Origin: an uncultured Planctomycetota bacterium
GTDB lineage: Bacteria; Planctomycetota; Planctomycetia; Isosphaerales; Isosphaeraceae
Reading direction: 5' to 3'
Assembly (NCBI GenBank): GCA_963845755.1
Contig: CAWJTV010000019.1
Location: 256,001 to 320,000 of the forward strand
DNA: 64,000 nt
Under the pieces are notes generated by a model. That model was not told the DNA's origin, did no database searches, and saw only the letters and a program-made list of their open reading frames with translations. The position numbers and the translations under genes were made by a program. Of this stretch, positions 44,736 through 56,291 are shown piece after piece. Every line of letters starts with the position of its first letter. Position 1 is the stretch's first letter.

Positions 44736-46149
44736 TCAATTCCTGCCATAGGCGTCGTGCTGTCGCCGTCGGTTGGAGGTGAACTCCTCGACGGTATCGC
44801 GGGTGATGACCTCGTAGAGGACGGCCTCCTTGTCGCCCGACTTGCGGAGGACGCGGCCCAGGCGCTGGACGTGCTCGCGGACTGAGCCCGACCCGGAGAG
44901 CACGACCGCGACGTTCGCCTCGGGCACGTTGACTCCTTCGTTGAGCACGCGCGAGGTGGCGACGATCGGATAGGTGCCGGCATTGAATTTTAGCAGGACA
45001 TCGCGGCGCTCCTTCGTCTTGGTCTGGTGGGTGATGACGGGGACCAGGAACTTGCGTGCGATGGTGTAAACGGTCGCGTTGTCGTCGGTAAAGATCAGCA
45101 CGCGGTCGCCGTTGTGACGCTCGAGCAGGCGGCCCAGGAGATTCAGCTTCGCGGGGGCGCCCAGGGCGAGCGCGCGCTGCTCGCGGTAGGAGCGGAACGC
45201 CTCGCGGCCCTCGGCGGATTGGTGGGCCACGTAGATGAACCGGCTCCAGCCATTAGGCCCTCTCATATCGATGCCCATGTCGCGCACAAAGCCGCGATAA
45301 ATCTCTCTCGCACGCTCGTAGCGCGGCTCGTTCCTCGTCGCTCAACTGGACATATAACGTCATCACGCGGTAGTCGGCCAGGTAGTGGCCGCGGAGCTGG
45401 GTGATCTCGCGGCGGTAGACGATCGGACCGATCAACTGATCGAGGTGCGTGTGTGCGTTGTCGGCGCGCTCGGGCGTCGCGGTCAATCCCAGGCGGAACG
45501 GGGCAATGGCGCAGGTCGCGGCATAGCCGTAGGTCGGGCCGGGGAGGTGGTGGCACTCGTCGAAGACGATGAAGCCGAACCGGTTGCCCAGGCGGTCCAT
45601 GTTCAGGTAGGCCGAATCGTAGGTCGTCACGGTCAAGGGGCGGATGTCGTAGTAACCGCCTCCCAGGAGGCCGACCTCGACGCCGAAGCTAAGCACCAGC
45701 TCGTCGTACCACTGGTTCATCAGGTCGATGGTCGGAGTGATGACCAGGGTGGGCCGGCCGGTCCGCTCGATGCACAGGTTGGCCAGGTGCGTCTTGCCGG
45801 TCCCGGTCGGCAGCACGACCACGCCCTGACCACCGGCCTCCCACCAGGCCTTCAGGCCCTCGACCTGATGCGGAAACGCATCCTTGGCCACCTTGAGCCG
45901 CCAGGGCGTCGGCTCGTACGCCCGCGCGGCGTCCTGGTAGGGGCGCTTCTGATGCCGCAAATGCTCGACGACCGGGCGATAGCAGATCGCCTGGGCCCGG
46001 AACTGACGAGTGCGGAAGTCGTACTTCACGCCCGGCAAGCCATGCTCGTCGTCCTCGCGCAGGCCCTCGACCACGAGCGTGCCCTCGTCGAAGGCCAGCC
46101 GCAAGGGCGGGTTCGCGTGGCCATTGGGTGACTCGCCGAGGGTGGTCAT
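44736..46149 (-). CDS. XPB/Ssl2-like SF2 helicase (one frameshift)
   Basis: 'LPTGTGKT', 'FDECHHL', 'LGLTATPER', 'VLNEGVNVP', 'QRLGRVLR'. Confidence 0.92.
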
Positions 46150-46754
46150 CAGCGCAGGTCTCCCGGGGAAGGCTTCGACTTCCGTACCTTCCGCCACTCG
46201 AACAACTCGGCGATCGGCAGGCGATAGCCGGGCAGCACGGGGTCACCCTCGAGAACCCCAGTGTCCGGTAGTCTCTTTGGTCGACGGCCGGGCCTATAAA
46301 CGTAAACCGTCAGTCGTACCGGGTCGATCAGCCAGCCGAGCGGGCAACCGTTGGATCTGGAGAAGACCAACTTCTCGTGGCACTTCTGGGCCGACTGATC
46401 GGGGGAGACGATCTCGATGTGGATATCCGGCGGCCACGGAGTCGGATCGAGAACTACGTTATCCTCGTCGGTCTCGATGTGCTCCTCCAGCAAGAAGACG
46501 ACATCGGGAATCATCGAGCGGCCGGCGAACGTGCAACGCAACTCCGGAAACGTCTCACCCAGGTTTCGCGGTTTGGAGTAAGCGTCAATATGAATCATGA
46601 GGTGCTTCTCGAGCAGGCCGTGTTTCTTCTGTGGAGACAATTTGGCCTCGATCCTCCCGTCGATGTACTCCAGGTACGGACGCTCGTCGATCTCCGGCAT
46701 GCGGAGGAACTCTTCGAGCGTGATCATCTTCTCGACCTGAGCCGGACTGGCCAT
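46149..46754 (-). CDS. Uma2 family (PD-(D/E)XK-like) protein
   Basis: 'LEYIDGRI', 'PELRCTF....IPDV', 'PDIHIEIVSP', 'GWLIDP', 'VLPG'. Confidence 0.9.
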   Translation of the reverse strand: MASPAQVEKMITLEEFLRMPEIDERPYLEYIDGRIEAKLSPQKKHGLLEKHLMIHIDAYSKPRNLGETFPELRCTFAGRSMIPDVVFLLEEHIETDEDNVVLDPTPWPPDIHIEIVSPDQSAQKCHEKLVFSRSNGCPLGWLIDPVRLTVYVYRPGRRPKRLPDTGVLEGDPVLPGYRLPIAELFEWRKVRKSKPSPGDLR

Positions 46755-46927
46755 CGCCGTACCCTTCCTCCCGCCGCGAATCGAACCGCCTGACACAATG
46801 TCCGGACCTGAAACCCTTGTACCCGATCTCCGCCGGCCGGAACATGCCGAACGAATTCCTTCCAGTGTACTCCAGTCTATCCGAAACGTTGAGACGAATC
46901 GGAGAGGCGACACGGCGTTGGAGCCGC

Positions 46928-47576
46928 TCACGATCGCCGCGGCTTCCGATTGTACGGGTTGCGTCGAGGCTGCGAGCGGGTGCGGGGCCGCGATGCGCCG
47001 GTCCGAAGCGATTGCAGGGCCATGCGTTCCGCGTCGGTCAGCTCGCGCCACTGGCCGGGGGCGAGGTCGCCGAGCGAGATGGTACCGATGGCGACGCGGA
47101 CCAGCCGCAAGGTGGGATGACCGACGGCGGCGGTCATGCGCCGGACCTGCCGGTTGCGCCCCTCGCGGATCGTCATCCTCAGCCAGAGCGGTCGGCACGT
47201 TCTTGCGGAACCGGATCGGCACCGAGCGTTCCGGCAATTCCGGCGGCTCGGCCAGCAGCTCGACCTCGGCCGGACGTGTCGGCCCATCGCTCAGGACGAG
47301 GCCCCGGCGCAGGGCCTCAAGGGCCCGATCATCGGGGACCCGCTCGACCTGGACGAGATAGGTCTTGGGATGCTCGAACCTCGGGTCGGTGAGGCGATGG
47401 GCGAGCACGCCGTCGTCGGTCAGGAGCAGCAGGCCCTCGCTGTCGCGGTCAAGCCGACCGACGGGATAGACCCCCGGGATCGGCACGAACGCCTTGAGCG
47501 TAGTCCGGCCCTCGGCGTCGCGGAACTGGCTCAGGACGTCGTAGGGCTTGAACAGGGCGATGGTGCGGGAAGGCAC
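46928..47576 (-). CDS. rluE: rRNA pseudouridine synthase, RluE-like (one frameshift)
   Basis: 'KPYDVLSQF', '[14 protein letters not shown]', '[23 protein letters not shown]'. Confidence 0.9.
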
Positions 47577-47589
47577 GGTGAAGTCAATC

Positions 47590-48208
47590 TCAGGCGAAAA
47601 GCCGGGTCAACCAATCCAGCAACCCTTGCACGTGGGGGCCATCCGATTCAAAGTACCGCTTCGTGATGGCCTGGCCGAAGGGTGTTCCCGGATCGTCCTG
47701 CCAGGCGAGCCACGTATGAATCAACGCCTTGGTGAGATGGGATTCAATGAAACGGCGTTCTTCGACGGGAATCTCGCTCACACATCGCCTTGCTCGATCG
47801 AAGAGTCCATCGCCGTCCGGCACGAGGTAGCTCAAATAATCCTCCAACATTCCCGGTAGCGTGTTATCGGGCATGATCCAGATGCCGATTTTTGGCAGAT
47901 CCTCATGATCGACGATCGTTCCAGTGGGATCCGGGCTATCGGGTATGCCGGTGTATCCAGCCCGCTCCAAGGTCCCCTTGATCTGCCTCCAGCGGGCCTG
48001 GATGTCGGCGTCCGCATCCACGACGACACCAAAGCGTTCCAGATCCGTGCCGGGCTTCAGATGGACGGAAAGCCTCGCCAGAAGCTTCTCGAATCCCCCC
48101 TCATCCCGGATCGTGAACTGCGGCTCAAACTGATGGCGAGCAAGGAGGCCCAGCAGGACATGCTTGTCATCCGAATCCCTCGACGACGAGCAGGAGCCGA
48201 TCGGCCAT
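47590..48208 (-). CDS. DUF3226-like TOPRIM-fold protein (one frameshift)
   Basis: 'LLVVEG.DDKHV', 'GVVVDADAD', 'GIWIMPDN..PGMLEDYL', 'KA.IH.WLAWQ..PG'. Confidence 0.75.
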
Positions 48209-49398
48209 CAGCGGACCTCAATCTCACCTTCCACCGCGATTTCCAGCTCACGCTCATCGAACTCGCCAACGAGCGTACGGTCGCCTTTGCGGGCTAGCCG
48301 TACGAGAACCCCTTCCTCTTCGCTCTCGCGAGCAGCCTCCTCGAACGCCTTGATGCAGTCGTAGCTGTGGGTCGTCGCGAAGACCTGGACATTAAGACGG
48401 GTCGCCATCTCGAAGACCAGCCGCCAGAGATCGGGCTGGACGGAGTAGTGAATGCCGTTCTCGATCTCATCGACGAGCAACAATCCGCCCTTGGCGTGGA
48501 CAAGAGCCAATGCGATGCCGAACAGACGATTGACGCCATCTCCCAATGCACGGAGCGGGATCGGCTCTTCGAAACCCTCGATTTTGACAAAGGGGATCCG
48601 GCTCGTAGCTACACCCGCAGAACTCATGCTTTCGACATCATCTCGGGAGGCTTTTATCGCCACTCGCTCGACTCCGGGCGATATGATGTGCAATCCTGCG
48701 ACGACGTCCTTCTCCAGAGGAGATAGGGAAACTCGGTCCCAGAGTTGGCCAACGAGCCCCAAACCTAGACCGTCGGGTCCGACTGAAGTGTGGGGAAGAT
48801 CACGGATCGAGGCTGTGGTAGATTCATTACCCGAGGTCGAGGTATTCCCCAAACCCAGATTTGTGGGAAACCCATGAAACATCTGGATCCCAACTGGGAA
48901 GGTCTTGACCGCCGATTCAATCCGAAATACCAGCAATGTGATAGTATGATAGGCATAAAAAGCTGGTATCTGAGAAGGTTTCCCTGGCATATTCGTATCA
49001 TTGGCATACGAGAATTCCCATCGCACGTTTTCTTCTCTTATCGTCACCTTGAGAGAATTCTCTGGTGAATTTGCAGGGCCTATCAAGATGCGCCTTCTTC
49101 CCCTTTGGACACCTGGCGTCCGAAGAAAAGACTACCGAGAGGAATTCGGCTCCCCGGATTTCGATTCCAGGCATCGATCTCGCCCCGAGAGATTTCGTTT
49201 CGACAAGCGAGGATCTCAAGAAGAACTTCGAGTGAGGAGGGGTTTGCGAATAACCTGAGCGCTTCCAGAATTGTTGACTTCCCGACATTATTCTTGCCGA
49301 CAATGAGGTTCACCCGCCCCAGGTGTCCGATCCGCAGCTCGCGGAAGCACCGGAACCGTTGAATCTCCAGCGAATTGAGGATCAGGTCTTTTGGCATG
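48208..49398 (-). CDS. AAA_21/AbiEii-like ABC ATPase (frameshifted)
   Basis: 'LEIQRFRCF', 'VGKNNVGKS', 'LGDG', 'LLVDEIENGIHY', 'QVFATTHS'. Confidence 0.88.
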
Positions 49399-49549
49399 AT
49401 CGGCATCTCCCTCCTCATCTATTCTACCGGTCGGCGTCCGTTCTTCCCAGATCCGATGCAACCGACCGTCACAAACTGAATTGTCGCCTTGGCTCGATAA
49501 GTGTCATCTGCGAGAATGGAACCATCGACGATTCCGCCAGGAGGTTCCT

Positions 49550-50114
49550 ATGTCCACCGCAATCGCTACCATCCCGATCCTCATGACCGCCGAGGAATAC
49601 GCCCGGCGGCCCCGATCCCGGTTATCTCGAGGAACTCGTCCGGGGAAGGATCGTGCCCATGTCACAGCCAAATCGACGTCATGGTCAGATCTGTGCCCAG
49701 GCGGTCTATCTGCTGCGAGGTTATCAGGAAAGCCATGACCTCGGCCATGTCCTGTGCAATGACGCGGCCGTGATCACCGAGCGCGATCCGGACACTGTTC
49801 GAGGCGCGGATGTCGCCTTCTACAGCTATCAACGGTTACCCAAGGGACCACTGCCGCAAAGCTATGGCCCGGAAGTGCCCGAGCTGGTCGTCGAGGTCCG
49901 GTCGCCGAGCGACCGTTGGCCGAAGGTCCTTTACAAGGTCGCCGAGTACCTCGAGGCCGGTGTGCTGGTCGTCATCGTGCTGGATGATGAGTCGCGGACG
50001 GCAGTTCTCTACTTCACCGATCGGGCGTCGGTCACCCTCAACAGCGACGACGAACTCACGGTCCCCGAGATCCTCCCCGGCTTTGCCGTCGTGGTGCGCC
50101 AGGTTTTCGAATAG
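49550..50114 (+). CDS. Uma2 family protein (one frameshift)
   Basis: 'LMTAEEY', 'PDTVRGADVAF', 'PELVVEVRSPSD', 'EYLEAGV', 'ILPGF'. Confidence 0.88.
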
Positions 50115-50129
50115 GCAACACAGCCCCGC

Positions 50130-51063
50130 TCAACTCCCCTCCGGCGTCTTGACGCGGAACTCGCGCAGGCCGAAGGTCAACGCACCGAGTACCGTGAAAA
50201 CCGCGCTGATGGACAGGAGCACGATGAGGCAGGTCGCGGCCGAGGGCGCGGTCGCAAGGTCGATCGACCAGTCAACGCCGGGCATGTCGAGCCATCGCAC
50301 GGCCAGGACCCGGATGTAATACATCACCGTCGCTTCCCGGACGACGAAGTCGATGTTGGCGAAAACCTCCTCGAACACGACGATGTAGATCGCGCCGAAG
50401 ACGAGAGTTCGCCGGACCAGGAGGCTCAGCCAGCCGAAGATCGACAGGTAGGCGGAGAGGCTCAGGGCCAGCAGGGCGGCGAGGATCGGCGCACGCGCCG
50501 TCAGCACCGTCTTAATCAGGCTCTCTTCCCCCCAGTAGAGGGTCGCGAGCGTCGCGATCGTGAACGCGACGGCCCGCATGCGCCGTGACCGCGAACGTGC
50601 CCAGGAGCTTGGCGAGATAAATCGCCCAGCGCGGGATCGGCCGGATCAGGAAATACGTCAGCGTCTGCTCCTCGATGTCGTCCTGGACCATGCCCGAGGC
50701 GAACAGGAGGGCCGAGATCGGCACCAGCGCCGAGACGATCAGGCCGAAGATCAAGTCGCCCTCGACCGACTCGGGCCGATAAGCGCCTGGAACTGCCGGG
50801 TCACCGCGGCGATGATGATCGGCAGGGAGAAGAGTAAGGCGATGATCACCAGGCGAATCCCTCGGCTCTGTCGCGCCGCCGTGATCCGCACGACCGTCAG
50901 GATCGCCGAAAGGCTGAGTCGTGCGCGACAGGGCGATCGGGGCGAACTCGGCCGGTGGTCGAATCCCCCCCTCCGAGCTCGCGTCGGGGAAGAGGTCATC
51001 GAGCCCCGCGCCGGCCCGGGCCGGCGCCGGTTCCGGCTGTGGCTCAGAATGAGGTGAGGACAT
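50130..51063 (-). CDS. ABC transporter permease (frameshifted)
   Basis: 'DDIEEQTLTYFLIRPIPRW.IYLAK' plus TM helices. Confidence 0.82.
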
Positions 51064-51074
51064 CGGCGCGATCG

Positions 51075-52019
51075 TCATGAATTCACCAGGTACTTGAAGA
51101 CGGCTTCCAGGTTATCGTCGTCGGAATACACTTCGTCGATCGGAGTGTCGGCCTCGAGCGCCAGGTGGACCAATCGCCCGTAGAATCGGTCCGGCAGGAG
51201 GGTCTCCACCACGATCGCGCCGTCGTGCCGCTTCAGCTCGACTCCGACGACATCATCGCAGCACACCAGCTTGGCGGCCAGCGCCCGGGCGCCCGGCGAC
51301 TTGAGCACGATCCGATGCGGGTGCTTGTCAATCAGGTCGCGGATCTGGCGCACGTCCCCCACGGCGACCAGCCGGCCGCGGTTCAACAGGACGAACGACC
51401 GTGTGAGTGCCTGGATCTCGTAGAAAACATGGCTGGACACCAGCACGGTGCGCCCCTGGCGACCCCAGTCGATGATGAGGTCCATCAGCTCGCGCCGGGC
51501 GACCGGGTCGGTGCCCGTCAGCGGCTCGTCGAGGAACAGGACCGGCGGGTCGTGCACCAGCGCCTGGGCCAGCTTGATCCGCTGCCGCATCCCCTTCGAA
51601 TAGCCGCGGATCGGCCGGCCGGCGTGCTCCGTCATCCGAACCCGTTCCAGCGCACGCTCGGCCGCCTCGCGCGCCCTGCGCCGACCCAGGCCGCCCAGGA
51701 GCGCGCAGGCCGTCAAGAACTCCCGGCCCGTCATCCACTCGAAGAACGCATCCTGCTCCGGGCAGAGCCCGATGTGGCGATTGAGACCCGGATGGTTCCA
51801 TGGCCGATGACCCAGGACTTGAACCTCACCCTGGCTGGGTCGGAGCTGGCCGGTCGCCAGTTGTAGCAGCGTGCTCTTCCCCGACCCGTTCGGGCCCAGC
51901 AGCCCCGTCACCCCCGCCGGCACCTGGAGCGACAGGTTGTTCAACCCGATCACCTCGCCATACCACTTCGATACCGAGCGGAATTCGATGATCGGCGCCA
52001 TGGAGTCCGACGCATTCAT
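51075..52019 (-). CDS. ABC transporter ATP-binding protein
   Basis: 'GPNGSGKS', 'YSKGMRQR', 'LFLDEP'. Confidence 0.94.
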   Translation of the reverse strand: MNASDSMAPIIEFRSVSKWYGEVIGLNNLSLQVPAGVTGLLGPNGSGKSTLLQLATGQLRPSQGEVQVLGHRPWNHPGLNRHIGLCPEQDAFFEWMTGREFLTACALLGGLGRRRAREAAERALERVRMTEHAGRPIRGYSKGMRQRIKLAQALVHDPPVLFLDEPLTGTDPVARRELMDLIIDWGRQGRTVLVSSHVFYEIQALTRSFVLLNRGRLVAVGDVRQIRDLIDKHPHRIVLKSPGARALAAKLVCCDDVVGVELKRHDGAIVVETLLPDRFYGRLVHLALEADTPIDEVYSDDDNLEAVFKYLVNS

Positions 52020-52025
52020 AGGAGA

Positions 52026-52155
52026 CTCCAAATTCAAGATCCAGGATTCAAGATTCCAAACTCCGGATTCAAGGCCACGGTCGTCAAATCCTCCGGTCAC
52101 ATGTCACATAGTGTAAGCATCTTATTTTGAATATTGAATCGGGAATCTCGAATCG
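52026..52155. repeat. Heptamer repeat tracts in inverted arrangement (GATTCAA/GATTCCA versus TTGAATC/GGGAATC)
   Basis: Read directly between the two ABC genes; a similar tract lies at ~55572-55646. Confidence 0.55.
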
Positions 52156-52165
52156 CGGGGCCCTC

Positions 52166-53266
52166 TCAGCGGAGCCGATCGAGGCTGCGGATGCGCGTCA
52201 TGAGGACGGCAATGGAGGCGGCCGCCAAGGCCATGAGGACCCCGGCCGACCATTCCCAGGGGTAAGTGGCCGGCGCCAGCGGCGGCCGTCGTCTCCGGCT
52301 CGAGGTGAGTCGATCCGTCTCGTCGTCCGTCGCGGGAGCAATCGGGCGTGTTGGCGGCCCTCCTTGAATCCGAGGTCTTCGGCGCGGTCCGAACGGGCCG
52401 CTCATGAGGGTCTCGCGGGCCCGGCGCCCGCCTTCGAAGACGTTCGTGACCTTGTCCCACGCCGTCTCGGCGTCGAACAGGGCATCACGGACCCGGCGCA
52501 GGTTGTTGGTATAGGATACCAGAGGACACCATTCGGCCTTCACGGTCGCTTCCAGCACGCCAGCGGTGATGTTGCTGATGAGCCAGAATGCCATCCACAT
52601 GGCGCCGACGTATCGCGAATTACGCGACAGCGAGGAAAGGGCCAGCATGAAGAGGCCCGCCGAGGCGACGACGATGACGCCGAATGCCAGCGAGGCGAGC
52701 AAGAGCCGGGTTGTGTCGCGGATCACGGTCGGATCGAGGCTGAAGCCATAGCCCAGCGCGAACGCCAGGAGCGCCGGCACGATCGTCACCGCCGACAGGA
52801 ACACGGCGATCACGCCGAGCTTGCCGAGGAAGTACTCAATCCGCCGCAGCGGTCGCGAGAGATAGAGCGGGATGGCGTTGAAACGCAGGTCCTGGCTGAT
52901 CAGATCGGGACCGACCAGGAGCACGAGGATCATCGAGATCGAAAGCTGCACGTCGAAAAACAGGCGGAACGCCATGGTCCAGAGTGGGGTGCGATAGCCC
53001 CTCGGGCCGGCCTTGAGCTCGTCGGGTAGGCCCTGGATGAGGAACAGGAACGGCGTGAACAGCCGGGACCCTTGCTCGAACAGTCCCCAGATGGCCACGA
53101 GGCAGGTGAGCACCAGCGCGGGGCCGCAGGCCCCCAGCAAGATCCAGCGGACCCAACGGTTCTTGAGCTGGACGAGGACTCCATGGCGGGTGATCGGCAG
53201 CCAGCGCCGGGACTGGCCGGAGAGCGCGCCGTGCCAATGCTGGTATCCCTGGTCGAAGATGGGCAT
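52166..53266 (-). CDS. ABC transporter permease
   Basis: 'MPIFDQGYQHW', 'LISQDLRFNAIPLYLSRPL...YFLGK'. Confidence 0.88.
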   Translation of the reverse strand: MPIFDQGYQHWHGALSGQSRRWLPITRHGVLVQLKNRWVRWILLGACGPALVLTCLVAIWGLFEQGSRLFTPFLFLIQGLPDELKAGPRGYRTPLWTMAFRLFFDVQLSISMILVLLVGPDLISQDLRFNAIPLYLSRPLRRIEYFLGKLGVIAVFLSAVTIVPALLAFALGYGFSLDPTVIRDTTRLLLASLAFGVIVVASAGLFMLALSSLSRNSRYVGAMWMAFWLISNITAGVLEATVKAEWCPLVSYTNNLRRVRDALFDAETAWDKVTNVFEGGRRARETLMSGPFGPRRRPRIQGGPPTRPIAPATDDETDRLTSSRRRRPPLAPATYPWEWSAGVLMALAAASIAVLMTRIRSLDRLR

Positions 53267-54177
53267 CAGTGTTTTTCCGCGAGGGCGCCGAGGAAGACTT
53301 CTTCGAGAGTGCTCCGCCTGGGGCGGAGCGAGCGGATCTGTTCGCCGGCCTCGCGGGCGACCTCCCAGACGACGGCAGGCGCCGTGTCGGGAGGGAGCCA
53401 GGCCAGGAGGTGGTCGTCGACCGTCTCGGTCGTGATGCCCCGCGCAGCGAGCTGTCCGGAGAACCGGACCGGATCGCCCTTGACGCGGACCTCGATCTGA
53501 AGGTTGTGAGCTTGTTTGAGGTCGGCGATCCGTCCCTGGGCCAGCAGCCGGCCGTTGCCGAGGACCATGACATAATCGCAGACGGACTCGACGTCGGGGA
53601 GCAGGTGGGAGGAGAACAGCAGACTCATCCCCTTGTTGCGCGACAGGTCTCGGGTCAGCTCCAGGACGTCGTCCCGACCGGCCGGATCCATTCCGTTAGT
53701 CGGCTCGTCGAGGATCAGCAGCCGCGGGTCGTGCACGATCGCCGCGGCGATCTTGAACCGCTGCTTCATCCCGGTCGAATACGACTCGACGCGCCGGTAG
53801 CGCGCCTCGCCCAGGCCCACGTAGTCGAGCACCTCATCGGCGCGCTGCAAGGCGTCCTTGCGGCCCATCCCGACCAGCTCTCCCGCGAAGGCGACGGCCG
53901 ACACGCCATTCATGCCGGGGAACAGGCACTCGTCCTCCGGTACGAACCCGGCGGCCTGGCGGATCGCCAGCCGCCGCGCGCGGATATCCATCCCCAGAAC
54001 CTGCCCCTGTCCCGAATCGATCGCGATCAGGCCGAGCAGGGTGCGGATCATCGTCGTCTTGCCGGCACCGTTGGGACCGAGCAGGCCGATCGCGCCCTCC
54101 GGCAACGCGACCGACAATCCGCGCACCGCCGTGACCTTCCCGTAGGTCTTGGTGACATTCTGCAGATCGATGAGCAT
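53266..54177 (-). CDS. ABC transporter ATP-binding protein
   Basis: 'GPNGAGKT', 'YSTGMKQR', 'LILDEP'. Confidence 0.94.
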   Translation of the reverse strand: MLIDLQNVTKTYGKVTAVRGLSVALPEGAIGLLGPNGAGKTTMIRTLLGLIAIDSGQGQVLGMDIRARRLAIRQAAGFVPEDECLFPGMNGVSAVAFAGELVGMGRKDALQRADEVLDYVGLGEARYRRVESYSTGMKQRFKIAAAIVHDPRLLILDEPTNGMDPAGRDDVLELTRDLSRNKGMSLLFSSHLLPDVESVCDYVMVLGNGRLLAQGRIADLKQAHNLQIEVRVKGDPVRFSGQLAARGITTETVDDHLLAWLPPDTAPAVVWEVAREAGEQIRSLRPRRSTLEEVFLGALAEKH

Positions 54178-54514
54178 CGACGATCCCGATCACGGCCAGC
54201 CCGCGCCGGCTCCCTCTGGACCCCCGAGGATGCCCTGCGCAACCCCGGAAGAACTACCTGTGACACTTCCTTCTCAATTCGCGCAACAGTCCCGAATATT
54301 ATTTGGCGAGACAGGCTTTCACTGCAAGCGCGCAGCGTCGCTCCCCGGGCCTTGTGCCCCGGTCGTCGCCCCTTTCGCCTCGAGGACGCGGATTTTTTTG
54401 TAACCTCGGCTTCGTCTGGAACCACATACATTGAGGGATGCGGCCCAAGAACATCGATTGTGGGGGTGAGCCGAGGCCAGCGACGGTGCTCCAGACCGTC
54501 GGCGATCAAGAGGG

Positions 54515-54946
54515 CTAGCCTGGATTCCCATGGAGGCAGATTGGGCTAACATTTGTTGCCGCATGATTGGAAAAAAGCCCGCGATACTCAGCTTTTCGCC
54601 TCGGAACTGGTTATGCTCCTCCAAGAGTTAAAGGTGGGTCTCCCACTAAGTTAACTTGATCACCATGGATGATATGTTCGTCGATCGAATCTCACTTCCT
54701 CCTGGAAAACAAGGGGTTCTTGCGACAAATCTATCGAATTCACCACAGTGGATGCATTGAGTTGACACCGTGGATGCTCTTTTTTCAGTTTACGGATCAC
54801 CTAACATCGAGAGAGGCGTTTCGATGAGCCGTTTCAAGCCAGAACCACTTGAAATCCAGGGGAAAACCCACTTCGACGAATTTTGCTTCGTTTATGGATT
54901 GCGTCGTAGCCTACCCCGTTTTTGCCTCCATGGGAATCCAGGCTAG
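54515..54946. mobile_element. MITE-like element with a perfect 24-bp terminal inverted repeat
   Basis: CTAGCCTGGATTCCCATGGAGGCA (54515-54538) and its reverse complement (54923-54946); lower-GC interior without a long ORF. Confidence 0.75.
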
Positions 54947-55033
54947 GTAGTCGCCTCGGATCGATGACCTGCCCCATCGCGAATCACCCGAGAAACACAT
55001 TCCACGCCGGGACGTTCTCTGGGCGTTGCGGGA

Positions 55034-55438
55034 GTGCTCATGGAATCGTGGTTCGATGCCAGCCGGAGTCAACGACAAGCCGCCATTCATGAAGAGCTGG
55101 ACCGGTTACCGCGCGTGCATCGCACGGTGATCATCCTCTGCGGTTTCGAACGCCTACCGATCGAGCGGGCGGCCAGGGAATTGCGATGGCCGATCAGGAT
55201 CCTCGATCGACGACTCTCACGGGCACTGAAACATCTCCGGATACGCCTGGTCCGGCGTTTCTACGATGGTCCCGTGAGCATCTGGGATTCCGATATTCTC
55301 AAGGACATGGCGGCCGTCGTTCCCAGGAGTCTGATAGAATCCACGATTGCCGCCGCAACCGGCTACCTCTACCCACCCGCCGTTTCCGGGTCTCGCTACC
55401 GGGACCGCAAACTCCCGGGAAGATCCGTCTCGCCCTGA
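55034..55438 (+). CDS. Sigma-70 region 4-only protein or ECF remnant
   Basis: 'IHEELDRLP...RTVIILC..E.....AARELRWP...L.RRLSRA...LR.RL'. Confidence 0.6.
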   Translation: MLMESWFDASRSQRQAAIHEELDRLPRVHRTVIILCGFERLPIERAARELRWPIRILDRRLSRALKHLRIRLVRRFYDGPVSIWDSDILKDMAAVVPRSLIESTIAAATGYLYPPAVSGSRYRDRKLPGRSVSP

Positions 55439-55693
55439 GCCCTCGCGATCGGCTGCCGCCTCCCTCCATCGAGCGACCGTTGACTCATGATCCCGCTGGC
55501 GAGAGGACGCATTGGGCCCGAGAGGGTACAATCCACCGTCGGAGATTCTCCGCTCCATGCGCACATCTTTCCGATTTGAGATTCGCGATTCCATAATGAC
55601 GGATCCGGAATCCGTGATCGCGAATCCGGAATCCCGAATCGGAAATGCCGTTGCGGCCGTGCCGCATGAGGAAGCGATGCAGAAAGGCGTGCC

Positions 55694-56287
55694 ATGTCTA
55701 CCGATGAAGTAGGGCCAGGGCGTTCGGCTAGCATCCAGGAGCTATTGACCCGGATCAAGGACGGCGACGATGGAGCCGCACGCGAGTTGCTGACCCGCTA
55801 CGAGTTTAAGGTTCGCCTGGTCGTCCGCCGGCAATTGCCAAGGCTGTTGAGGTCACGCTTCGATTCGCTCGACTTCCTCCAGAGCGTCTGGGGGAGCTTC
55901 TTCCACAAGATCCGTACGGGACCTAACGACCTGACGAATGAGGAGAACCTGATCGCGTTCCTGGCATGGGCGGCGAGGAATAAAGTCATCGACGAGTGCC
56001 GTCGGGCCGCCACCCTGAAACAGGATATCAATCGAGAGGAACGGCTCGAGATCCAGGGGGACAAGGAGACACGCCTGGCCGCGGGCGATTCGCCAAGTCA
56101 ACTGGCTCAGGCCCACGAGATTTATGATCGCCTGCGCGACATGCTGCCGGAAGATCGACGGGTCATCCTGGATCTCAAGGCGGCCGGATATTCGTGCAGC
56201 GAGATCGGCGACCGGCTTGGCCTGAGCGAGCGCACGGTGCAACGCGTGCTGGAAAACCTCAGGGACCGTGCCCAGCTTGGAGACTGA
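55694..56287 (+). CDS. ECF sigma factor (STK-associated type)
   Basis: 'LRSRFDSLDFLQSVWGSFF', 'GYSCSEIGDRLGLSERTVQR'. Confidence 0.9.
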   Translation: MSTDEVGPGRSASIQELLTRIKDGDDGAARELLTRYEFKVRLVVRRQLPRLLRSRFDSLDFLQSVWGSFFHKIRTGPNDLTNEENLIAFLAWAARNKVIDECRRAATLKQDINREERLEIQGDKETRLAAGDSPSQLAQAHEIYDRLRDMLPEDRRVILDLKAAGYSCSEIGDRLGLSERTVQRVLENLRDRAQLGD

Positions 56288-56291
56288 TGCG

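Noticed and set aside
46149..47576. Apparent RluE-Uma2 fusion (475 aa)
   Set aside because: A frameshift in rluE reads through; the RluE C-terminus is in another frame and Uma2 has its own RBS and ATG
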